Shown piece by piece: positions 39,769-48,911 of a DNA stretch of 64,000 bases. The DNA is from an uncultured Verrucomicrobiota bacterium. Lineage in GTDB: Bacteria; Verrucomicrobiota; Kiritimatiellia; RFP12; UBA3636. Position 1 is the first letter of the stretch, and each line of letters opens with the position of its first letter. The notes beneath the pieces were generated by a model that did no database searches, was not told where the DNA came from, and was given only the letters and a program-made list of their open reading frames with translations. Where the stretch lies: positions 53,618 to 117,617 of the forward strand of contig CASEAR010000041.1 of assembly GCA_949285835.1 (NCBI GenBank), given 5' to 3'. Both the position numbers and the translations under genes were made by a program.

Positions 39769-40412
39769 AGCGTTTTGATGACTATGGATTCCATCACGGC
39801 ATAACCGGCGTCATTTGGATGAACCCCGTCGCCGGAATACTTGCCCATTCCTCCGTTTTCGTTCGCAAGCGCCGAATAATAGTCCACATACGGAATCCCG
39901 TTATTTTCAGCATACTCTTTGATCAGGCCGTTAAGCCGTACTATGCGTTTTGACACGTCTTTTATTTCTTTGCGCCATGGGAACCCGTCGGAAGGCGTTA
40001 CGGAGCAGAGCCTCACGCCGATCCCGTTCGCCTTAGCCAATTCACACATTGAGATGATATTGTTCATTACAGCCTCGTGTGAGATAGGACCGCGGTTTTC
40101 CGCCATATCATTGATACCTGCGAGAATGACAACCGTTTCGGGTTTAAGATTTATGACGTCCTGCCTGAATCGGCAGAGCATCTCCGCAGTCGTCTGTCCG
40201 CTTATCCCGCGGCCGACGAACCCGTTTGTGTTGAAAAATGCCGACCTTCTGCCGGGCCATGCGTCAGTAATTGAATCGCCGTAAAAAACAACCGCACCCG
40301 GCTTGACATTTCCATTTGCCGCGGCATACCGCTGATTTCCAGCCCAGTCTGCAAAAACAATCGTACCGCACATGGCTGCCGCAAACAGCGCCGCCGTCTT
40401 TATCGTATTCAT
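39765..40412 (-). CDS. SGNH/GDSL-family hydrolase (carbohydrate esterase-like)
   Basis: ATG at 40412 (verified). Signal peptide MNTIKTAALFAAAMCGTIVFA. GDSIT block I, and GDGVHPN (DxxH block V). Its stop overlaps the start of the lyase gene. Confidence 0.7.
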   Translation of the reverse strand: MNTIKTAALFAAAMCGTIVFADWAGNQRYAAANGNVKPGAVVFYGDSITDAWPGRRSAFFNTNGFVGRGISGQTTAEMLCRFRQDVINLKPETVVILAGINDMAENRGPISHEAVMNNIISMCELAKANGIGVRLCSVTPSDGFPWRKEIKDVSKRIVRLNGLIKEYAENNGIPYVDYYSALANENGGMGKYSGDGVHPNDAGYAVMESIVIKTL

Positions 40413-40498
40413 AGTTTTATCCTCCAGCCGGTACTTTTTAATTCCAGAAAGACTGCCGTCCGGCAAACAGTCAAACCCGCGCTGAACAGGGCAAGAGC

Positions 40499-42106
40499 TC
40501 AGCTCTTCCCGCCGCCGCAGTCCGCGCTGAACAGAAACGCGGCGGAAATTATAAACGTAAGATTCCAAACAATCGCCGGAATTTGAAGACTGAAATCTCC
40601 GAGCGAATGCACCGCGAAAACAACAACGCACATAAGCGCCGCAAGCGGAGTAGACTTTGCAAGATGAGACGGCGGTTTCCCTGGCTCGTGCCTGTGGCGG
40701 CGGCGGCCATGCCGGTGACGGGCATGGCCGGATTGCCTCTCCGGGGGATCCGCGTCCGCCGCATTGGGCAAATCCGCCCTCGCGGGGACATCCGCACCGT
40801 CCCCTGAAACGCTCACACACACCGCCTGAGACCGGGAAAGTCCATACACGAGGACCGCCCCGAACGCCAAGAAAATCACGAAGCCCGCTGCGCCGTACTC
40901 CTCAAGCAGCTGCGTCCAGTCACTGTGCACTTCGTACAGATGATAGTAGTCGTTGCGCAGCCTCGGGAATACGAGCGGATCAAGCGACCCGTCGTCCGTC
41001 GGAGCAAATTCCGCCCACCTGTTGGAGTGCTGCCCCGGCCCTATGCCCCAAACGGGATTGCTTCTCCATGCTCTGAGCGCGGAAGCGATATACGTCCCGC
41101 GGTCGAACCTGTACCAGAACGTATCGCTCACGCGCTCCCACAGCCGCCCGTCGCCGGCCTTTGAAGCCGCCTCATACTCTGCGTAAAGAGGATGCTCCTT
41201 TATGCGCCTTGACAGACTGTTGTCCGTCAGAAACAGCGCCGCGCACGCCGCAAGCACCGCGCACGCCGAGATCACAGCGCACACCGCCCTCACGCGCGGA
41301 GGACGCCCCCTGTGCGCAAATGTCAACCATGCCGCAAGTATCCCCGAGAACAAAGATGCAAGCCCGCCCCGCGAAAGCGTAAGAAAAGCCGGCCAGAACA
41401 AAAATGCCGCCGCCAGCGCAGTCAGCGCCTTGCCTGTACGCCCTCCCCCGGGCGTGAATGCATTCGCCAGAAATACGGCAATGCCCGCATTCATGAACGC
41501 GCATAGATGATTCGGGCAGTAGAAGACGCCTATTGCCCTGCCCTTGTAGTGCATGGAAAGTTCCACCGGCGCCCAGAGGATGTACGAATCGCCGGTAATA
41601 TAGTGGTTCAGGAGCGCATATGCCGCCACCAGCACCACGTTTGCGCAGAAAGCCCGGAGAAGGAATTCCAGCCTCCCCCTCGTGCCGCAAACTGCAAGCG
41701 ACACCGAAAGAAGAAACGGCGTAAGAAACAGCAGAACATTCCTCTCCGCCTCCATCCGCACCATTTCCCTGCCGGGTGCGGACGGGAAAAGCACCCTCAC
41801 GCCCGCATACGCCAGAAACAGCGCCATGCACAGCAGCACGGCCGCCCCTGTGCGAGGCACGCGCAGATGCGGATAAATCGGAAACGCGGAACCAAGCGAA
41901 GACGCCCTCAGCGTCTCAGCAATGAGCCCCAGCCCCGAAAACAAAGCCGCGCCGAAAACCAGCACTGACATGGGCCAGAACCACCACATCTCCCACGACC
42001 CGAAAAACCATGGACTCACTATCACGTTCAACGATGCGCAGGCAAACCCCAGAACATACATCAAACGCGAAAACCCGAACTTCACATTCCCGGCATCTTC
42101 CGTCAT
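40499..42106 (-). CDS. O-antigen ligase/Wzy_C-family polytopic membrane protein with a His/Arg-rich insertion
   Basis: Many TM segments. TLSRGGLASLFSGILAAW and NPVWGIGPGQ resemble Wzy_C motifs. A low-complexity HARHRHGRRRHRHEP segment precedes the last TM helices. Its start overlaps the mutL stop. Confidence 0.45.
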   Translation of the reverse strand: MTEDAGNVKFGFSRLMYVLGFACASLNVIVSPWFFGSWEMWWFWPMSVLVFGAALFSGLGLIAETLRASSLGSAFPIYPHLRVPRTGAAVLLCMALFLAYAGVRVLFPSAPGREMVRMEAERNVLLFLTPFLLSVSLAVCGTRGRLEFLLRAFCANVVLVAAYALLNHYITGDSYILWAPVELSMHYKGRAIGVFYCPNHLCAFMNAGIAVFLANAFTPGGGRTGKALTALAAAFLFWPAFLTLSRGGLASLFSGILAAWLTFAHRGRPPRVRAVCAVISACAVLAACAALFLTDNSLSRRIKEHPLYAEYEAASKAGDGRLWERVSDTFWYRFDRGTYIASALRAWRSNPVWGIGPGQHSNRWAEFAPTDDGSLDPLVFPRLRNDYYHLYEVHSDWTQLLEEYGAAGFVIFLAFGAVLVYGLSRSQAVCVSVSGDGADVPARADLPNAADADPPERQSGHARHRHGRRRHRHEPGKPPSHLAKSTPLAALMCVVVFAVHSLGDFSLQIPAIVWNLTFIISAAFLFSADCGGGKS

Positions 42107-43947
42107 GTCTCCACCCGTCCTCCCGGCGCGCCCCCTCCGGAACGGCCGAACCTGCGATCCAAATCCCTGTTGGATGTAAAAATCATGGTAGGTCCTCCCG
42201 ATGGCCTGGCATACGGCATGTCACACCTCGCCAAAGCCTCCACAACCATGCGCAGCTCCCCGTCAGAAAGCCTGTAAGCGCCTCTGGAAGCAGCCTTCCC
42301 GGCCGCCATCGCCGCCGCGCGTTCCCGCCACAAATCCCTGTGGCGCGTCCCCGCATTTATCACAGCCGCCGCGGTCTCTGCAAGGATTTCGCGGCAGTCC
42401 GTCCCGCTTACGGCGTCCGGCACGGCATCCACGGAAAATACCCCGTTGCCGAACGGCTCAATCCCGAACCCCATCCCCTTCAGCTGCGGAAGGACTTTCA
42501 GCACCGCCGCCGCGTCCGCCGGTTTCAACTCCACGGTCTGAGGCATCAGGAGGCCCTGGGAATGCGGCTCTCCGCCTGCAGACTCCGCAAGCAGCCGCTC
42601 GTACACGACCCGCTCCCGGGCCGCCGCCGGATCCAGCACCGTGTACCCGCCGCTGGTCTCCATAAGCACATAACCGCTGGAAAGCCTGCCTATAATCCGG
42701 AACTCTGACCACGGAGCCGTCGCAGGGAGTCCGTCTCCCGCCACCGAGAACTTCGCTTCTTCCCCTCTCTCGCCGGCAGAGCCGCCTCCGGACAAGACGT
42801 CGCCGTACAAGACATCGCCGGACGGCAGCTCCGGCTGTGAAAAAACGACTGGCGGAGGCACCGGCGGCGGTGTGCCTGACGGCAGAACACATGCGCCTGC
42901 ACGCTCCGTGTTCCAATCAGTCACAGGCGGCGGCTCCGCTTCCCTCATCCCGACGGGGCCGCCCCGGAGCGCACCGCGTATTACCTCCGTTACCGCCTGA
43001 CGTATCTCAGAATTGTTCCGGAACCGCACTTCGCGCTTCGCGGGATGCACGTTCACATCCACAAAATCCGGCGGCGTTTCAATGTACAGGTAAATCTGGG
43101 GCCTGCGCCCCTCCCCCAGCCCCGGATAAGCCTCGTTAAGCGCCGCATACACAGACGGAGCAGCGGCCGGACGCCCGTTTACGAAAATGTACTGCCCGGC
43201 ACGGTCCGGACGCGTCCACCCGGGCTCTCCGGCAAACCCGTGCACGCGCACGCGCCCGCACGAGCCGTCAAACGGGATCATGTGTGCCAGATCTTCTTCG
43301 CCCGCCAGATCCCTGAGCCTGTCCGCTAGCGATTCCGCCGCCGGCAGTCTGTACGCCTCCTCCCCGTCGCATTTCAGCACAAATGCAATCCGGGGATACG
43401 CCGCGGCGTGTACGTACACCATATTCTTGATGTGAGCCTGTTCCGTCTGAAACGTCTTCAGAAAACTTCGTCTGGCGGGCACGTTGAAAAACAGGTCGCG
43501 CACCAGTATTTCCGTGCCCGGAGGGCATCCGCAGTCCCTCACATCGATAAGCCTGCCGCCGGAGATCTCCACCTCCGTGCCGGTTTCATCGTTTTTGGTG
43601 CGCGTCCTCAGGAAAAATCGTGACACTGAGGAAATCGACGCCAGCGCTTCGCCCCGGAAACCCAGAGTGCCCACCTTCTCTATGTCCTCAACTTCGCGTA
43701 TTTTGCTCGTGGCGTGCCTCTCCGGAGCCATCATCGCGTCGTCGCGATTCATACCGCATCCATTGTCAGACACCGCAATCAGCTTTCGCCCACCAGCCGT
43801 AACCGACACCTCAACCCGCGTCGCCCCGGCATCCACCGAATTCTCCATCAGCTCCTTGACGACGGCGGCCGGGCGCTCCACCACCTCGCCTGCGGCTATC
43901 TTATTGGCCACATTCGGTGAGAGCATCATGATTACAGAACCGGGCAT
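42103..43947 (-). CDS. mutL: DNA mismatch repair protein MutL
   Basis: The N-terminal ATPase motif NKIAAGEVVERPAAVVKELMENSVDAGAT is diagnostic. 614 aa. Confidence 0.9.
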   Translation of the reverse strand: MPGSVIMMLSPNVANKIAAGEVVERPAAVVKELMENSVDAGATRVEVSVTAGGRKLIAVSDNGCGMNRDDAMMAPERHATSKIREVEDIEKVGTLGFRGEALASISSVSRFFLRTRTKNDETGTEVEISGGRLIDVRDCGCPPGTEILVRDLFFNVPARRSFLKTFQTEQAHIKNMVYVHAAAYPRIAFVLKCDGEEAYRLPAAESLADRLRDLAGEEDLAHMIPFDGSCGRVRVHGFAGEPGWTRPDRAGQYIFVNGRPAAAPSVYAALNEAYPGLGEGRRPQIYLYIETPPDFVDVNVHPAKREVRFRNNSEIRQAVTEVIRGALRGGPVGMREAEPPPVTDWNTERAGACVLPSGTPPPVPPPVVFSQPELPSGDVLYGDVLSGGGSAGERGEEAKFSVAGDGLPATAPWSEFRIIGRLSSGYVLMETSGGYTVLDPAAARERVVYERLLAESAGGEPHSQGLLMPQTVELKPADAAAVLKVLPQLKGMGFGIEPFGNGVFSVDAVPDAVSGTDCREILAETAAAVINAGTRHRDLWRERAAAMAAGKAASRGAYRLSDGELRMVVEALARCDMPYARPSGGPTMIFTSNRDLDRRFGRSGGGAPGGRVET

Positions 43948-44021
43948 ATCCAGAAACTCCGCAGATTGTCAAATCCCGCGCCTTACAGCAGGCGCACACC
44001 CGGGATTTTCCTATACCGCGG

Positions 44022-45074
44022 TCATTTTTTCAACGACAAATTATCTGCGCCGCGCATTGAAGCGTTTCCATCGAAAAGAAATTTCGCTTCAGTGACCCAT
44101 TCCGCAGCGCCGCCCGGCTCCACCTCAATGTCGCAGAACATCTCCGGGCACACAACTCTCCCGTCCGCATACACCCTGAATTCCGACGGAGGCAGATTTG
44201 TGCTTATGCGGATTCCTGCGCCGGATTCCCGTTCAGTCACGATGAAGCTGTTGTGCTCCGGCACATCGCCGAAACCTTTGAAGCTGGCCCAGAACGTGCG
44301 CTTCAGCTTCCCGCCGGAAAAGCCCAGCGTTCCGCCTCGCAAAATCCCCGCTGCCGGAAGCACGGACGGCTTGTCGAGCGCCGGAACGAACGGCACCGAC
44401 ACCTCGTACCCGGAGCCGGCAGGCCGCCCGTCGATGCATATGAAATTATGCGAGTAATGTCTCGTTGATATGGGCCGGTTCCCCGTGTTCTCAAGCCGCC
44501 TCCATATCCTGAGCCCGCTCCCGTCGCCCGTCAGAGATATTTTTCGTTCAAGCCTGTACCCGAACGAACCGTCGGGCATTTTCAGCTCGTGTACAGCCTC
44601 CGCCTCCGCCGACCCCGTCTGCCTGAAGCTCCATACGCCCCTGTCGCGTACTTCATACCTGCGGTTGAAAAAATACTCCTTTTCATCCGGACGCACGAGT
44701 ATGCCGGCCCCGATCTTCATGAACAAACCGCCCGGCGCAGCCTCCCTGAATCCCGGAGGCTCGGTATCCAGGTCAAACTCCTCTGCCGGACCGGCGACGT
44801 TGTCGTTGCCGTACGGATCATGCATTCCCGGATGGTGCCTCGTGAAAAAAGAATGCCCGTGCGATTCGATGTTGTCGATGATGCCGGACAAGTCGAAGCG
44901 GGTCCCCCTGTAAAATCCGTTCTCCGGATCAGGCCGGTATACGGTGGCCGCCGCCCCGCCGCATGACAGGCGGACGCACGGCCACGCCGCCTCCTCTCCG
45001 GCAGAGCGCGCCTGAAACACAGCCGCGGACAGAAACAGCGCCGCCGCGGCCGCCAGCCTTCCAGCCGTTCTCAT
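44022..45074 (-). CDS. Secreted hypothetical protein (no recognised domain)
   Basis: Signal peptide MRTAGRLAAAAALFLSAAVFQA. 350 aa. Translationally coupled to the upstream 781-aa ORF. Confidence 0.4.
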   Translation of the reverse strand: MRTAGRLAAAAALFLSAAVFQARSAGEEAAWPCVRLSCGGAAATVYRPDPENGFYRGTRFDLSGIIDNIESHGHSFFTRHHPGMHDPYGNDNVAGPAEEFDLDTEPPGFREAAPGGLFMKIGAGILVRPDEKEYFFNRRYEVRDRGVWSFRQTGSAEAEAVHELKMPDGSFGYRLERKISLTGDGSGLRIWRRLENTGNRPISTRHYSHNFICIDGRPAGSGYEVSVPFVPALDKPSVLPAAGILRGGTLGFSGGKLKRTFWASFKGFGDVPEHNSFIVTERESGAGIRISTNLPPSEFRVYADGRVVCPEMFCDIEVEPGGAAEWVTEAKFLFDGNASMRGADNLSLKK

Positions 45075-47416
45075 TCGGCGCTCCGCCGCGGCATAAGCTC
45101 AAACACATCAAGCGGAACCGCGTAATCCACGGAGGACAGCGCGGGAACTCTGACGGTTGGCGCGCCTTCAAGCGGAGAGACGCCCAGAAAAACGCTCCTG
45201 CGGCGTTCCGGGCTCTCCGCCAGAACGACAGGCTCCGCGTCAAACGCAGTCGGGTTCGTGACCCGCAGAGTCACCCCCCCGCCAGACACGCCGGTCACCT
45301 GTGCAAACACATGGTCGAAAACCGTCACTTCCAGAGTTTCAGTATCCAGATATATCCCGGGCACCTCGGACACCGTATTCAGGAGAGCGGACTCCGCCCA
45401 GGTGGATCCGCCGAAAATCTCCCCTACTTTTATCTCCTCAAAAGGCAGTCCCCTGACCTCCCAGTCGCTCAAATTTACGCGCTCATTCACCCATCCCGGC
45501 GGCATCACAGGCCAGCGTTTACCCCTGCGTGTGTCGCATATCGGACGGTCCCGTCTTGAAACAAACTGCGGAAGGCTGTGCGCTATATCGCGTATCAGTT
45601 CAAGCCACTTCCGGTCGCCGGCCGCGCGCCACAGCTTGAAAAGCGAAGACCCCGAAAGAGAACATATTCCCGGAGCCGCGTGCTTGTTCTGAACATTGGC
45701 CCACACAGTGCCGCAGGAAAGCATGTCCATTCTGCCGAAGGTGCTTTCCGGAGGGAACCTGAAATCGTATGAAGTCACCCAGGTACAGAAATACGCGGCG
45801 GCCCTCGCCGCCGCATCCGTCCACTCCTGCGACCCGCCGGTCTCTTCCATGAGCACGACAAACGACTCCAGAAGCGCCGCGGAAGACTCGCTGTCCACAT
45901 TCTGGAATATGTCCCCCGGGCCGCCGTTGGTAACCCCTCTGGACAAAAAATTGTCCCTGTACCGCCGAGCGGCGGCGCACGCTGTGCGCATATACTCCTC
46001 TTCCCCGAAATACCGGGCGGCCAGGGCCAGCCCCGCCGGAGCGAGGGCGGCGGCGCAGCTGCCGCCGAGCACCACCCCGCCCGTCTCCGAATCAGCGTAA
46101 TGCGGCAGGTGCCCCGCCTCCTTCCAGCACTTCACGAATGCGCCGCACAATCCACGGGCCAGCCTTATCCACGAAGGAGACGGCTCCCTGTGCGGCGCCG
46201 CCGTCTTGAGGTACAGCAGCGTCTTCATCAGGAAATACAGCGTGTCTGCGCTGTAACGCATGTAGCAGCGTTTTCCATCTCCCTGCCACGCCCCGGCCGC
46301 CGAACTGAAACACCCGCGCACGAAGCCCGACGGCGTCACCGCCTTCTCCGCAATGAAATCCCAGACCCTGAGGGCCCGTGCCCGACTTGCTGCGCCGCCC
46401 CTCGTGAGCATGGGCCACGCCGTGTTCGGCCCGCCCACCCATCCGGTCTGCCAGTCCTGAGACGGGCATTCGCGCATCCCCACCGACCAGTACCCGTATT
46501 CCTCCACCCAGTTCTCGCGGTTGTGCTTGTCCTCAACAAGCTCAAACGCATAAGAAAACGGCAGGATTTCCTTTTCCCTTCTCCGCCCCAGCTCCTTGCG
46601 GGCCTGCGCAAACCGGGCGTAAAGATCCTCAGGAGTGTGCGCTTCGAACACGTGAACCGCCACGGGGAACGAAACCGTGTCGCCGCATTCCAGACGCGCC
46701 CCCCGGTCCGGCAAATCTCCCTGCCAGTTGTATTTGCCGCCTTCGCGCACGCCGGGGCACTTCACAAGAATACGCGCCCGCGTGCGCTGATCATTCTCTT
46801 CCACGCACAAACCTGTCTCTCCGGCTTCGCTCCTCTGCTCCGACATCACCAGCAGGCCCGCGGCATACTCCGGAAACAGCACTCCCGCGCACGGCGTGGA
46901 ACAGTCTCCGGCCAGCACCTGTATCCGGCTGCGCCCCTCCCCATACTCCAGATGCGGCGCACTGGTGATGGTGATCCAATTCTCCGGATCCGGCGCAGGG
47001 CTGTCATCGAAGCGCTTCTTCCTGTCGCGAACAGGAAACCTGTTGCCGCCGTACACGCACGCAGGCATGAAAACCCAGTCGTCCCTGCTCCAGCGCCCGA
47101 AGTCCAGAGCCACACCCACCGAAGCAAAATCCACGCTCCCGGAAACAGCCGTATACTTGAAATCTATCCGGACGCCGCCCGACGCGGTGCGCGAATACAA
47201 CGCCTCTGCCTCAAGCTCCGCCCCGCCGAGCTCCATCCGCGTGACGCCCCCCGCCGGCGAATACTCTTCCTCCGCCGGGACTTTGCCGGAATGCCTCACT
47301 GCGTATTTCATCATCCCCGCACACAGCTTTTCCAACTGCTCCCGGAGTTCCTCCCCAGCCTCCGGCCGCTTTATCCTGCACATGTCTGAAAACCCCCGTT
47401 GGTCACATCTTTTCAA
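45071..47416 (-). CDS. Large cytoplasmic hypothetical protein, possibly an (alpha/alpha)6-barrel glycosidase-like enzyme
   Basis: 781 aa with no signal peptide. Trp/aromatic-rich repeats (WVGGPNTAW, GAWQGDGKRCYMRY) suggest a six-hairpin glycosidase fold. Weak, inference only. Confidence 0.35.
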   Translation of the reverse strand: MKRCDQRGFSDMCRIKRPEAGEELREQLEKLCAGMMKYAVRHSGKVPAEEEYSPAGGVTRMELGGAELEAEALYSRTASGGVRIDFKYTAVSGSVDFASVGVALDFGRWSRDDWVFMPACVYGGNRFPVRDRKKRFDDSPAPDPENWITITSAPHLEYGEGRSRIQVLAGDCSTPCAGVLFPEYAAGLLVMSEQRSEAGETGLCVEENDQRTRARILVKCPGVREGGKYNWQGDLPDRGARLECGDTVSFPVAVHVFEAHTPEDLYARFAQARKELGRRREKEILPFSYAFELVEDKHNRENWVEEYGYWSVGMRECPSQDWQTGWVGGPNTAWPMLTRGGAASRARALRVWDFIAEKAVTPSGFVRGCFSSAAGAWQGDGKRCYMRYSADTLYFLMKTLLYLKTAAPHREPSPSWIRLARGLCGAFVKCWKEAGHLPHYADSETGGVVLGGSCAAALAPAGLALAARYFGEEEYMRTACAAARRYRDNFLSRGVTNGGPGDIFQNVDSESSAALLESFVVLMEETGGSQEWTDAAARAAAYFCTWVTSYDFRFPPESTFGRMDMLSCGTVWANVQNKHAAPGICSLSGSSLFKLWRAAGDRKWLELIRDIAHSLPQFVSRRDRPICDTRRGKRWPVMPPGWVNERVNLSDWEVRGLPFEEIKVGEIFGGSTWAESALLNTVSEVPGIYLDTETLEVTVFDHVFAQVTGVSGGGVTLRVTNPTAFDAEPVVLAESPERRRSVFLGVSPLEGAPTVRVPALSSVDYAVPLDVFELMPRRSAE

Positions 47417-48896
47417 ACTCGATCATGGCTATACCGGCGCACGGCATGTCAAAATCCACCGTCAGCACATCTCCGCTGCGCTTTTCGCAATATGAGCGCG
47501 TTTCGCGCAGTTCGTTCACGGCACGGAGCTCTTCGAGCAGTTCGCGGCGGACATACGCCGGAGAACCCGCCTGCCGCCAGTCGTGAAGAATGTTGTTTTC
47601 GCTGTCTGAGACCACCGTCATGCGCTTCACGCGCATATCCGAAGGCATCTCCACCCGCATACGCCCGGACGCCTGCAGGTCAGGCTCCGGGGAAGGATCA
47701 AAACTGTATGCCAGCAGACGCACGTCTCCGGGCGAGTCCGCCGTGCATACCGCGCCGGACATTCCATCCGCCGGACACCCTTCCACCGGGACTCTGCGCA
47801 TCCCCAGCCTGCCGAGAAGGCTGTGGGCATGATAACCCGGCTTCTTCAGTCCGTGAAGGCTCAGAAGACCGTAGTTGCCGCAGAACTCCGCGCCGCTGTA
47901 CCCCACCTGATCGTATATGTCGCTGAGGCACCAGTACGCGAACTTGTCTCCCAGCTGAGATACTTCGGACATTGTCTTGACGATAAACGCCGCCTCGTTG
48001 GCCGATTCCCTTATGCCGTCGCACGGCCACCATGTCCTTCCCCATTCGTTCCAGTGCATTTCCCCGCGGAACCCGGCGCTGTCCAGCACCTTGCGCACAC
48101 CGCGCACGACTCCGCGCGCAAAATGCGGAGAGCCGGGCTCCCTCTCGGAATCAGGCCCGTCGAACGGACAAACCGGCCGCCCGGAACAGTCCTCGTTGTA
48201 CACATGGGAGATCATGTAATCCGGCTCCAGGCCGCTGCGCCTCCCGAATTCCAGAAACTCTTCAATCCAGCCCGCCCGCGCGGTTGAAGGCCCTCCCACG
48301 CGAAGTTCCGGATCGACGTCCTTTATCGCCCCTGCGGTTTCCAGATAAAGCCGGAAGAAGTCTTCCTGCGTTCCTTCCAGGAAGCCGTTGCGCAGGTTCG
48401 GTTCATTCCAAATCTCGAAATACATGCCACGTACCGTCTCCGCCCCGAAATGATCCTCCAGATGGCGGACCAGCCCCCCTGCAAGCCTGCGCCACGCCGC
48501 CCAGTCCGACGGCAGGCTTATCCTCGCTTTCGTCTCGAACGTCGTCCTCTCTCCGGCCGCAAGCGCGCCCGGCATAAAGCACGTGGTTATCATGGGCAGG
48601 ACTCCAATGTCCGTCAGACGCTCCGTTATGTATGTGTCTATCTGCCAGTTGGGCACATCCCGCACATGTTCGCCGCTGCGCCATTTGACCGGATCCCGCG
48701 TGAGCACACGCATCTCGTCATCCAGCATTCCCACTGCTCTTACGTGGCGCGCGCCAAGTTCATCATGCGCAATTTTCAGCTGTTCAAGCATATCGGCGCG
48801 AACCATCCACCGGAATTGATCCACATTTACAAGCCCTTCCCACGTGTGCCGGAAAAGCTCCGGTTCAGCGCCCAAAACAGGTCTCAGCACTGTCAT
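47403..48896 (-). CDS. Glycoside hydrolase family 39-like (clan GH-A)
   Basis: GMYFEIWNEPNL is the GH39 acid/base motif. About 500 aa. No signal peptide recognised. Confidence 0.55.
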   Translation of the reverse strand: MTVLRPVLGAEPELFRHTWEGLVNVDQFRWMVRADMLEQLKIAHDELGARHVRAVGMLDDEMRVLTRDPVKWRSGEHVRDVPNWQIDTYITERLTDIGVLPMITTCFMPGALAAGERTTFETKARISLPSDWAAWRRLAGGLVRHLEDHFGAETVRGMYFEIWNEPNLRNGFLEGTQEDFFRLYLETAGAIKDVDPELRVGGPSTARAGWIEEFLEFGRRSGLEPDYMISHVYNEDCSGRPVCPFDGPDSEREPGSPHFARGVVRGVRKVLDSAGFRGEMHWNEWGRTWWPCDGIRESANEAAFIVKTMSEVSQLGDKFAYWCLSDIYDQVGYSGAEFCGNYGLLSLHGLKKPGYHAHSLLGRLGMRRVPVEGCPADGMSGAVCTADSPGDVRLLAYSFDPSPEPDLQASGRMRVEMPSDMRVKRMTVVSDSENNILHDWRQAGSPAYVRRELLEELRAVNELRETRSYCEKRSGDVLTVDFDMPCAGIAMIEFEKM

Positions 48897-48911
48897 ATAT
48901 TCAAACCTCCG

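Noticed and set aside
46100-47389. 429-aa plus-strand ORF antisense to the 781-aa gene
   Set aside because: The translation is Arg/Pro-rich low-complexity, typical of spurious antisense ORFs in GC-rich DNA. The minus-strand frame carries the coherent protein.
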